From the NCBI GenBank assembly GCA_964057225.1, contig OZ059898.1, positions 3,472,001 to 3,536,000 of the forward strand: a stretch of DNA of 64,000 nucleotides, written 5' to 3'. This document shows, piece after piece, positions 30,001 to 40,553 of the stretch. Under the pieces are notes generated by a model that was given only the letters and a program-made list of their open reading frames with translations, made no database searches and had not been told where the DNA came from. The number at the start of each line of letters is the position of its first letter. Position 1 is the first letter of the stretch. The stretch is from Auanema rhodensis (taxonomy: Eukaryota > Animalia > Nematoda). The position numbers were made by a program, and so were the translations under genes.

Positions 30001-32400
30001 TTTTCGAAAAAATTTTTGTCAAAATGTTTTTGGAAGCAATGTTGAGTGTACATGGAAACTCAACATACACTAATGCATCATTTTTCAAACGATCATAACT
30101 AATTTTTGTATTGAGCGTTTCTCAATGTAGTATAGTGCATTCGATCCGGATTTTTAAGCTGCGTCGATCTGTGTTATCAGATTTGCGCTAGCTTAAAAAT
30201 GCACCGAGATATCAACTGATATAAGTTCACACTTATATCCTCGATTTTCACCCTGAAGAATTAATTTTTTCGTTGAATAACATTGTCCATCGTCTTTGCC
30301 TTGAAAAAAGGAATCTAAAAACATCTACTTTTTGCTAAATTATTTTGAAATTTTTCGAAAAAATTTTTGTCAAAATGTTTTTGGAAGCAATGTTGAGTGT
30401 ACATGGAAACTCAACATACACTAATGCATCATTTTTCAAACGATCATAACTAATTTTTGTATTAAGCGTTTCTCAATGAAGTATAGTGCATTCGATGCGG
30501 ATTTTTAAGCTGCGTCGATCTGTGTTATCAGATTTGCGCTAGCTTAAAAATGCACCGAGATATCAACTGATATAAGTTCACACTTATATCCTCGATTTTC
30601 ACCCTGAAGAATTAATTTTTTCGTTGAATAACATTGTCCATCGTCTTTGCCTTGAAAAATGAAATCTAAAAACATCTACGTTTTGCTAAATTATTTTGAA
30701 ATTTTTCGAAAAAATTTTTGTCAAAATGTTTTTGGAAGCAATGTTGAGTGTACATGGAAACTCAACATACACTAATGCATCATTTTTCAAACGATCATAA
30801 CTAATTTTTGTATTGAGCGTTTCTCAATGTAGTATAGTGCATTCGATCCGGATTTTTAAGCTGCGTCGATCTGTGTTATCAGATTTGCGCTAGCTTAAAA
30901 ATGCACCGAGATATCAACTGATATAAGTTCACACTTATATCCTCGATTTTCACCCTGAAGAATTAATTTTTTTGTTGAATAACATTGTCCATCGTCTTTG
31001 CCTTGAAAAAAAGAATCTAAAAACATCTACTTTTTGCTAAATTATTTTGAAATTTTTCGAAAAAATTTTTGTCAAAATGTTTTTGGAAGCAATGTTGAGT
31101 GTACATGGAAACTCAACATACACTAATGCATCATTTTTCAAACGATCATAACTAATTTTTGTATTAAGCGTTTCTCAATGAAGTATAGTGCATTCGATGC
31201 GGATTTTTAAGCTGCGTCGATCTGTGTTATCAGATTTGCGCTAGCTTAAAAATGCACCGAGATATCAACTGATATAAGTTCACACTTATATCCTCGATTT
31301 TCACCCTGAAGAATTAATTTTTTCGTTGAATAACATTGTCCATCGTCTTTGCCTTGAAAAATGGAATCTAAAAACATCTACGTTTTGCTAAATTATTTTG
31401 AAATTTTTCGAAAAAATTTTTGTCAAAATGTTTTTGGAAGCAATGTTGAGTGTACATGGAAACTCAACATACACAAATGCATCATTTTTCAAACGATCAT
31501 AACTAATTTTTGTATTGAGCGTTTCTCAATGTAGTATAGTGCATTCGATCCGGATTTTTAAGCTGCGTCGATCTGTGTTATCAGATTTGCGCTAGCTTAA
31601 AAATGCACCGAGATATCAACTGATATAAGTTCACACTTATATCCTCGATTTTCACCCTGAAGAATTAATTTTTTCGTTGAATAACTTTGTCCATCGTCTT
31701 TGCCTTGAAAAAAGGAATCTAAAAACATCTATTTTTTGCTAAATTATTTTGAAATTTTTCGAAAAAATTTTTGTCAAAATGTTTTTGGAAGCAATGTTGA
31801 GTGTACATGGAAACTCAACATACACTAATGCATCATTTTTCAAACGATCATAACTAATTTTTGTATTGAGCGTTTCTCAATGTAGTATAGTGCATTCGAT
31901 CCGGATTTTTAAGCTGCGTCGATCTGTGTTATCCGATTTGCGCTAGCTTAAAAATGCACCGAGATATCAACTGATATAAGTTCACACTTATATCCTCGAT
32001 TTTCACCCTGAAGAATTAATTTTTTCGTTGAATAACATTGTCCATCGTCTTTGCCTTGAAAAATGGAATCTAAAAACATCTACTTTTTGCTAAATTATTT
32101 TGAAATTTTTCGAAAAAAGTTTTGTCAAAATGTTTTTGGAAGCAATGTTGAGTGTACATGGAAACTCAACATACACTAATGCATCATTTTTCAAACGATC
32201 ATAACTAATTTTTGTATTAAGCGTTTCTCAATGAAGTATAGTGCATTCGATGCGGATTTTTAAGCTGCGTCGATCTGTGTTATCAGATTTGCGCTAGCTT
32301 AAAAATGCACCGAGATATCAACTGATATAAGTTCACACTTATATCCTCGATTTTCACCCTGAAGAATTAATTTTTTCGTTGAATAACATTGTCCATCGTC
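1..32400. repeat. Tandem satellite array, ~351-bp monomer (left arm, ~92 copies)
   Basis: Monomer gaaataattttttcgttgaataacattg...ttcaccctgaa recurs every 350-351 bp with only a few substitutions or 1-bp indels per copy; it continues to the window edge. Confidence 0.99.
32395..32400 (+). repeat. Target-site duplication, left copy (ATCGTC)
   Basis: ATCGTC directly precedes the left TIR and is present only once at this position in uninterrupted monomers; 6-bp TSDs are typical of Polintons. Confidence 0.96.
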
Positions 32401-32440
32401 AGTAGAGAGCCGTGCAAAATTTACTAACCACGCCCCCAAA

Positions 32441-32552
32441 CAGCTGTCAAAAACATACTTTTGGGGGCGTCAGCTGCTAAAAACATACTTTTGGGGCGCG
32501 TCAGCTGTCAAAAACATATTTTTGAGCGTCAGCTGTTAAAATCATATTTTGG
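32441..32552 (+). repeat. Four ~30-bp subterminal tandem repeats, each with CAGCTG (mirrored at ~47633-47744)
   Basis: cagctgtcaaaaacatacttttgggggcgt followed by three progressively degenerate copies. Confidence 0.9.
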
Positions 32553-32902
32553 GATCATGGTTCATGGATTTTCCTTTTTTAAATTTAAAAATCATGATTT
32601 AAAGCATGATTTTTTTTTTTTAAATCAAATTTTAAATTTGTTTATTCAAATGTATGTATATAGTTTTAATTATTTTTAAATATATTAAGTAAAAATAAAA
32701 ATTATAAATTTTAAATATTTAAATATTTAAATATGTAAATTTGTTTTTTAAATTTTATTTATTTATTAAATTTATTAATAATGTTTGTTTACTTATTTTG
32801 TTTATTTTTTATTGTATTGTGTTTGTATTGTTTTTATTTTAAAGAACAGTAAAATTTTTGCATGTATATCGTTTTGTTCACCGTACTTGTTACGGGTAGT
32901 TC

Positions 32903-33051
32903 AATGGAACACATATCGAAGGTTAATTCGATAAGAACGATATGAAATACAAAATTTAATGGAACACATATCGAAGGTTAATTCGATAAGAACGATATAA
33001 AATACCAAAATTTAATGGAACACATATCGAAAGTTAATTCGATAAGAACGA
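32903..33051 (+). repeat. Three 55-56-bp tandem repeats within the TIR (mirrored at ~47132-47280)
   Basis: aatggaacacatatcgaa(g/a)gttaattcgataagaacga starts at 32903, 32958 and 33014. Confidence 0.92.
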
Positions 33052-33447
33052 CATTAAATTATTAATTTTTGAAATTACAAATTGTTATTAATTATATTTA
33101 TTCTAACAAGTAAAAGGTTCAAATTATAATAAAAGATTAGTTTTAAACTTTATTTTACTAATATAACAATACAATAACTAAATAGAGCACACATTGAAGG
33201 TAAATACAATAAGATTAACAAACAGTTGCGCTGACCTCAATGAAGCGCATAAAGTTAATTTAATAAGAACTAATAACAAAAATTAATCCGACGGGTACAA
33301 TAAAAACAGATGTATTCAATAAGCTTATTTATTTTAAAGTTTATCGCAACTGCTAGTTTTGACAGCTGTACCCAAATCCATGTTACATAACAAATTACAA
33401 TGCCAACAGCAATGTGTAGACTGATATATTCATTATATCAAGGTACA

Positions 33448-36400
33448 ATGGCTGCTAATAGGTTGTGTCTTTTTGATTATTTGTTTGTAAACTTTTTCTT
33501 TTTTTAGTTATAAACGTTTATGTGAAGAGCTAGGATTTGATTATGAAGAAATCAATCAGCTCAGGTAATTTAACAATATTTTGAATCTTTATATATATTT
33601 TGTTTTTTAGTAAACGTATAAAGTTTACCGAGGCTGGTGAGATCGAGCTCTGTGAGCCCACATCACCCACTTTTAACAGTGGGCCCTCATCATCAAGGGT
33701 TATTGAAGTAATAACCTTGGATGACAGTGATGAGTAAGCGATATTAAAATTATAACATTTTGTTTTTTTCTTTTTAAGCGAATGGGATCCTGCTACCCCA
33801 TCAACCAGTGGAGGGCAAGTCGGATATGGAGCGGCATTCAACGATGTCTGTAAAATAGAGGTGCGATCTTTTATTTACATATCATTTCATAATATATCTT
33901 TTGAAACATGAAATTTTCTCTTGCTCCAATTGCATATTTTGAAAACATTTTGAAATTTATTTCTCTTTTTCAATTGCATTCATAAAATTCTCTCTTTCTC
34001 ATCTTTACATTTCATCTCAATCTATATATTTTATCAAACAAATTGCAAGTATTTTGAAACTTATATATTCATTCTTTTGAACAGCATTCATTTTAAAATC
34101 TTTACATTTTATCTCACTATATATCTTTCTTTCAACCAATTTTGAATTCTTACAAATTATAAATATTTCAAACATTTTGAACTAGTAAAATAATAAAACA
34201 CCATCTTGACCTTTTCATTTATTTTTAAACATTAACAAATGTTTATAAAAGAAAAAACTTTATATTTAAAAATCAAATGCCATTTATTTTTAATAAAAGA
34301 ATATAAAGATGATTTAAAGAAAAGTAAATTTATTAAAAGTTATAAACAAAAATTATTTATATTTAAATTAAAAGCGTATAACCATTATAAAAAATATGTA
34401 TTATAGTGGTCACACCGACGCATAAAACGAACTGGTCGGTTCACCAACGTGGTCGTTAGATCGCTCACGTTCCCACATTTGGAAGCCATTAATGAGCCAA
34501 TGCATGTTGTCATGCCGCGGCTATTTAATGAGTTTCTTGATCGGTGCCTTGCTGAAAGTGGTGTGCCAGATAAACAAAAAGCGCTATTTTGTTTATCAAT
34601 AGAGCACCCATCCTTTGAAAAGGGATCCATATTTATGGATTTCCGTAGAAGGGAGCATTTGGATGGCGTTGCCATCATGAATGCAATCAGCAAGGTGCAG
34701 CAATCAAAGCGAGAGGCTGTAATTAGCCAGGCAATGAATATTGAAATGTATGTGTTTGATGAGAGACCAGTGCAGCCAAGCCTGATGCCTGGTGAAGGTA
34801 GAGTTGGTTTCTATTTTGATGCCGAACTCAAAATACCTGGCACTATTGAGAACACTGACACTCATTGCCTGGCTAGAGCAGCAGTTGTGGGAATGTGGAA
34901 AGCCGATGAAGAGGCAGCAGAAGATGTTGTTGAAAAGCGGAGGATACAAAATCTTCGTCGCAACTACATCTTGTTGCCAAATCAACCACATCATATCAAT
35001 TTATTAAATAGGTGTGGTATTTCTGTACATTTACCAAATTATAATTTAAATCATTTAAATATTATTGCAAGTTGTAATACAGACTATAAGTTTGTAGTAT
35101 ACGCAAGGCCACCTGGACAGCGTATGTACGCTATTCAGCGTATCTTTAATGAAACGGCTAGCAAAGTGGTAACACTAGGCTACCGAAATAATCATTATGA
35201 CTGTATTACAACTTGTAGTAGATCACAGATTTTTGATGGTATTATATGCCAACACTGTAAATTATCTTACAAAACAGTGTTGCATAGATGTAAAGCCAAG
35301 TGTAAGAAATGCCACACCTTAAAATGTAATTCGATGGAAAATGTGGTTGAAAGTAGCATAAGATGTGATAGTTGTAGAGTTTTGTTTAAAACTCGTCAAT
35401 GCTTTGACAGGCATATTAGAAAAACATGTCGAATGTTTAAGGTAATTTAAAAAATATATATAAAATTTAACATGACTAAATTCAGACATGTGAAAACTGT
35501 GATCATTATCACAGAGTACGTGCTGATAGACCGCACAATTGCAATGAGAAATTTTGCAAAAAGTGTGGGCAAACAAAGCCTGAAGATCATTCTTGTTGTT
35601 GGGTACCACCTAACGACAAGAAGAAGGATCAGTTAAAAAAGAGGCAAGAGAAATACAAGGTTTGTATTTTACATCTTTACAAGTGTAATGCTTACTTGTT
35701 TAAGATTATTTTCTATGACTTTGAAACGGTTGTGTTAAAAAGCGGTACAAATGTTCATGAATATGCAGATGAACAATGGCCCAATATGGTTGTGTATAAT
35801 AAATTTTGTGAAAGTTGTATAGATGCCAACTCATGTGAAAAATGCACAACCAAGGAGGGCCATTTTGGGTATCAACAAGGTGATAGTGAATGGTCTGTAA
35901 CAGATCGTTTCCTTGATTGGTTACTCAACTCTGTTGAGAATGATAATGCAATTTTGATTGCGCATAATGGTTCACGCTTTGACATACATTTCTTGGTGTC
36001 TAGGCTGATAAACCGTGGTATATATCCTGATCCAATTTTAAATGGGACCAAGATTATAAGCATGGTTGTCAAGCCTTTAAGAGGTCAAAAATTTAATCAT
36101 TTATATTTTAAAGATAGTTATTTATTAGTGCCTTTACCCCTATCAGCGTTACCCAAGGCATTTGGTGTACCTGATATGAGTAAAGGACAGTTTCCTTACC
36201 TCTTTAACCATCCAATAAATTATGGCAAAGTGTTACCATCTTTACCACCAAAACAGTACTATTGTACTGCTAGAATGAAAGCAGAAGACTTAGCTTCATT
36301 CAATATTTGGTATGAAGAGCGTAATCAAAGAGCGTTTGATTTTGATGAAGAGCTTTTGGAATATTGTAGGACAGATGTCCGTATTTTAACCAACTGTATG

Positions 36401-38634
36401 AAAGTTTACATGAAGTTGGCAACCGCCACCACTGGCTGGAACCCTGTCATACAGTGTATGACATTTGCCAGTTTCTCTTTATTCCAGGCAAGTTTTTTAA
36501 AATACAAGCATTTTCAAAACTAGTATATTACAGCTGAAAATGAATCATATTAAAAAGAACCAAGTGGGTATTCTGCCCGAGACTGGTTATTATGCCGGTC
36601 AAAAGCAGAGTATAATAGCCATAAAGTATATAAAATGGCTAGAACAAGGATTGGGGCGCCCATTAATGCATAAGCTTAATGGTGGCGAATTTGCAGTGAG
36701 AGTAGATGGCCATCGCTATCTACTCGATGCTTATGACCCCGTTGCCAATCATGGCTATGAGGTGAGTAATTTGTGATAAATGTAAAAAGTGCAAATTTTT
36801 GTAGATTAATGGTTGCATTTACCATGGTTGCCCCCAGTGCACCAACAAGAGCGCTATAGCACCAGGCAGAAATGGTGAAACAATGGAAGAGGTAATTGTG
36901 ACTTTTTTTTAATCATTTTAAGTTTTAAAATTTAGGTTTATGATAAAACCATGAAAAGGCTTGAAGCAATTCAAAGCCAAGGCATTAGTGTTACCACAGT
37001 GTGGGAGCACGAAATTAATGCTCAAATTTCGGCCAATGAAGAAATGGCGAAATTTATGCGTGAAACAAATGTTGTTACACGCTTGGCACCTAGAGATGCC
37101 TTTACCGGTGGCCGCACCCAGACATATAAGCTTTTGGCACAAGCTTCGGATAGATACTCGCTCGAGTATGTGGACTTTTGTTCACTATATCCATATGTCA
37201 CCGCTTTTGATGCCTATTACCCTGTAGGTAATCCCAAAGTTATTACTGAGGGTTTCAAAAGCTTTGAGACATGTTGCCCATACAAGGGGCTAGTAAAATG
37301 TGACGTGCTTGCACCCACAAATTTGCTGTACCCTGTATTAGGTACACGTATTGGCGGTAAACTAATTTTTACAAACTGCCGCACTTGTGCAGTCAAAAGT
37401 AAAAATGTAGCATGTGAGCACCAGAATGATGTAAATGCTAGAAAGCTGCATCTAACTGTGACACATGTTGAGCTCGAGTGTGCCATACAACGTGGCTATA
37501 AAGTGCTTCATGTGCATGAGGTGTGGCACTGGGAAGAATGGCAACAAGGCGGCCTGTTTAAAGAATTTGTACAAAAGTACATAAAAATTAAACAAGAGGC
37601 GTCGGGCTGGCCAAAGCCAAACATGACAGAGGAAGAAAAGGTATGTTTTAATAAAAGTATCACATTAAATAGAATTTTACAGGTAATATATCTCCAAGAA
37701 CACGAGGAGAACACTGGTGTTGCTCTGGAGAGCAATAAAATTGAAAAGAATGCTGCCATGCGTAGCATTGCCAAACTGCAGCTAAATAGGTTTGTAAACT
37801 TTTTAAAACAATACATTACAAATTTGCTTATAGTGTCTGGGGTAAAATGGGTCAAAGACCTGATAAAGCCCAAACCAAGATTATTGGTGTTGAGGACCCA
37901 GAAATTGGTAGGATCATTACTGATCCTGCAAGGGAACTCACTGGGTTCAAAATTGTGGATAATGTTGCGTACTGCACAACAGTACCAGAGGATTCACATT
38001 TGGCGCCACCGCCTTTTACAAATGTAGCTATTGCGGCCTATACAACCGCTCATGCAAGGCTACTATTGTATAAGGCAATGGAGAAAATTGGAAAGAATTT
38101 GGTGTATACAGGTAATTTTATACTTGTATTCAATTTAAACTTACATTATTTAGACACGGATTCTCTAATTTATCAAAGATGCCTAGATGAGCCAGATCCA
38201 ATTGAGGATATGAAGGGTGAATGGTTAGGTAAACTAACCTCTGAAATACCCGATGGTTGGTCAATGACCAAGTTTGTATCACCAGCGGCAAAAGTTTATA
38301 GTTATAAACTTGTAAATGCAGCTGGTGATGTAAAATATGTAACAAAGGCAAAGGGAGTGGTAAGTACGAGCTTTGACTTTTCAAATAATTTTATAATTTA
38401 CAGACGTTGGACCACACGGCAGCGTCAGTGGTAAACTTTGAAAGTATGGAGCGACTGGTTCGCGGTCTCGTTATGGATGGAGAGAAATTGGTTTTAAAAA
38501 CCAACACAACCTTGTTAAAGAGGCAACTCGGTGCCATATCCACAATGGATATGACAAAAAGTACTAGAGTCGTAATGGATAAACTTTGTTATCTTCAAGA
38601 TTATAGTACTTTACCCTACGGTTATTGTGAATAA
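33448..38634 (+). CDS. pPolB: Protein-primed DNA polymerase B polyprotein, ~1369 aa. Predicted exons: 33448-33461, 33508-33564, 33611-33733, 33779-33860, 34407-35441, 35486-35659, 35705-36487, 36534-36761, 36805-36891, 36936-37640, 37683-37789, 37834-38111, 38154-38359, 38404-38634
   Basis: Splicing gives one uninterrupted 4110-nt frame with ExoI IFYDFE, ExoII AHNGSRFD, ExoIII YCRTDV, motif A DFCSLYP, motif B KLQLNSVWGK, motif C YTDTDS, KAKGVTL and the C-terminal TLPYGY. Motifs B and C form only across splice junctions. The four 5' exons are less certain than the core. Confidence 0.93.
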
Positions 38635-38727
38635 TATATTTGAATTTATAAATTTTTATCTTGTATATATTTGTATTTATAAAATTTTATCATTGTACAT
38701 GTATTTATTTTTAAAAATAGTTGTATT

Positions 38728-38740
38728 AATAAATTTTATT
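38728..38740. terminator. Paired poly(A) signals between convergent pPolB and MCP
   Basis: aataaattttatt gives AATAAA on both strands in the 137-bp intergenic gap; the region is AT-rich, so chance occurrence is possible. Confidence 0.4.
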
Positions 38741-38771
38741 CTTAAATCTTTTAAAGAATTTATTACATACA

Positions 38772-40100
38772 TTACAAACTGGTATCAATATATGGAGCAC
38801 GATTGTTGTCAATGGAAAGAATAGAGTCATACTCTGCATAAACAATTGCATATAAGCCCTCTTGCGGCGTTTGTTGACCAAATTCCAATTTCAAGGCTAC
38901 ATTACCTTGTCGTATAACATCAAATAACTCTGACGAATGCACAGTAGGAGAAATATCAAATACAAAAAATGTGAAACCAGCTTTATACATTGCTGGTGTA
39001 ATACCATTGGATGAATCTGTACGACCAAGTCCCAAACCTTCCAGCATGTCAATATATGCTGTGGCATAGGAAGATCGCCATTCTAAATTATAAGGACGGG
39101 TAGGTATTACCCTATTGTTGAGCGTCAAGTATATATTTTTCAAATCAAACGGTTTAAAGTTGAATGGTTTAAAAGTACCATTATAGGCGTGTGCGCCAAC
39201 AAGACCTACTACAACACGTTTTGGTGTGTGAGACGTGAATAATATATTATTAGGTGAATCCAAGCGGCCTCCTTCTATGAAATAAGAGCGCATTTTCACT
39301 GATGTCATGGGGTAGTGTATTCGATCCTTTGCGAGTTTATCTTCTATAGCCATAGCTAATCCAGCGTTTAGATCAAACTCTTGAATGAGCAAATGTACAT
39401 CGCTGATATCTACTTTCAAATTTGGAAACTCCTCCTTTAATGTAGTATCCTTGTTTTCATTATTCCAGCCTAGAGTGTCAATTAAAAAGTTATCACGGTT
39501 TGGATATGCAGTTAGCTCCATTTTTGAATAGTTTACAAACAGTCGCTCTTGATTAAATAGGTCGATACTGACGGGAGCAGCCATCTCACACAATATGCCA
39601 TTTTTTACAAGTGCTTGACGCGTTCTAAATCCAGCACTGGATGCATTATCTATATATCTATCAGCATAATAGCCTGATATGGCAAGTTTGCTCTCTTTAA
39701 CATCGTTGCTATACATTAAAATATTCTCGATATATGTTTTATAGGCATGATTCACGGTAGAGTCATACACGCTAACATCACCAATTTTCAAATGATACGA
39801 ATGTATTAAACTGGCAGCAAATTGTTGACATGGTGCAAAAACAAGGTTGTCTGGTACTGGATCACCGTTTGTGGTTACAATTTTAAATTTTACATTCAAC
39901 CAACATCTTCTCAGATTGAGGAATGATTTGGAATTTTGAGCTATAACAAATTCCCATGGTCCTTGAGGAAGAAACGTATTTTTCAAAGGGACTTGTACAG
40001 TACGAGTAGACTCTACACCTAATGCCGACGCTGGTATATCACCATAGTTGATATTAGGTAAAAGGGCTTGTGCTGATTTTGAATCTATCAATTTAGCCAT
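38772..40100 (-). CDS. Major capsid protein (double jelly-roll, Polinton PY type), ~442 aa
   Basis: Size and motif pattern (GPWEFVI, FLNLRRCWLNVKFKI, HAYKTYIENIL, PFNFKPFDL, GFTFFVFDISP, AIVYAEYD) resemble Polinton MCPs; located in the structural gene block. Confidence 0.85.
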   Translation of the reverse strand: MAKLIDSKSAQALLPNINYGDIPASALGVESTRTVQVPLKNTFLPQGPWEFVIAQNSKSFLNLRRCWLNVKFKIVTTNGDPVPDNLVFAPCQQFAASLIHSYHLKIGDVSVYDSTVNHAYKTYIENILMYSNDVKESKLAISGYYADRYIDNASSAGFRTRQALVKNGILCEMAAPVSIDLFNQERLFVNYSKMELTAYPNRDNFLIDTLGWNNENKDTTLKEEFPNLKVDISDVHLLIQEFDLNAGLAMAIEDKLAKDRIHYPMTSVKMRSYFIEGGRLDSPNNILFTSHTPKRVVVGLVGAHAYNGTFKPFNFKPFDLKNIYLTLNNRVIPTRPYNLEWRSSYATAYIDMLEGLGLGRTDSSNGITPAMYKAGFTFFVFDISPTVHSSELFDVIRQGNVALKLEFGQQTPQEGLYAIVYAEYDSILSIDNNRAPYIDTSL

Positions 40101-40553
40101 TTAAATGTGAAACGACCGCTCACGAGTGATGCACAACCGCTTATGAGGTTTTGTGGTTTTGCGTCGTCGCCGTTTGCCCAAGCCGGTAAGATCTCGTATA
40201 GCTTGCCGGCCGGCTGTTTTAAGAGTTTCCTTGATATTATCGCCTTTCAGCACCCCATCGACAATTTCATTACCAGTTTTCAGCAACTGTCCGCCAAGAG
40301 GTGAATTTACAACTGGACTTTTGCTTACAGCACTGGATAAGGCGTTTCTTCCGGCATTGATGAGATTTTGGGCTATAGGTGATTGAATGATGCGTGGTAG
40401 AAATGATGCCAAAGTTGCCAAAATACCACCCAAACCATGACCCCTCTGCATTCCACGTTGAAACATCATTCCGCTAAATGGGGCGCCACCCATTTGTTGA
40501 TTTAAAAGTGTTGTCCATTGAATAGAGTTGACATCCAAAAGGAGGTGCGGCAT
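40101..40553 (-). CDS. Putative virion core / membrane-lytic precursor (Gly-rich, basic C-terminus), 150 aa from the ATG at 40553
   Basis: QRGHGLGGILATLASFLP motif typical of small Polinton core proteins; KRRRRK tail; lies directly upstream of the MCP. Confidence 0.75.
   Translation of the reverse strand: MPHLLLDVNSIQWTTLLNQQMGGAPFSGMMFQRGMQRGHGLGGILATLASFLPRIIQSPIAQNLINAGRNALSSAVSKSPVVNSPLGGQLLKTGNEIVDGVLKGDNIKETLKTAGRQAIRDLTGLGKRRRRKTTKPHKRLCITRERSFHI

Larger units (their letters stand above)
32401..33240 (+). repeat. Left terminal inverted repeat (~840 bp)
   Basis: Reverse complement of 46943-47784; by eye only two substitutions and a T12 versus T14 homopolymer difference. Confidence 0.96.

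Noticed and set aside
1-32400. CRISPR array or repeat-protein gene (351 = 3 x 117)
   Set aside because: There are no unique spacers or cas genes, and frequent 1-bp indels and stops exclude a coding repeat.
32461-32679. 72-aa ORF in the left TIR
   Set aside because: Non-ATG start, made of tandem repeats and poly-T; the mirrored TIR has a 2-nt homopolymer difference that shifts the frame.
33508-33660. Rb-binding LxCxE motif in the pPolB leader (RLCEE, ELCEP)
   Set aside because: The spacing is L-C-E, not L-x-C-x-E.
33530-38384. Minus-strand and alternate-frame ORFs overlapping pPolB
   Set aside because: Shadows of the spliced polymerase gene; several cross predicted introns and none has recognisable motifs.
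34449-38634. pPolB as a fragmented pseudogene
   Set aside because: Every break coincides with a 42-46-nt AT-rich GT/GC-AG segment whose removal restores the frame and conserved motifs.
38627-38824. 65-aa ORF after pPolB
   Set aside because: Low-complexity AT-rich intergenic/terminator region with a non-ATG start.
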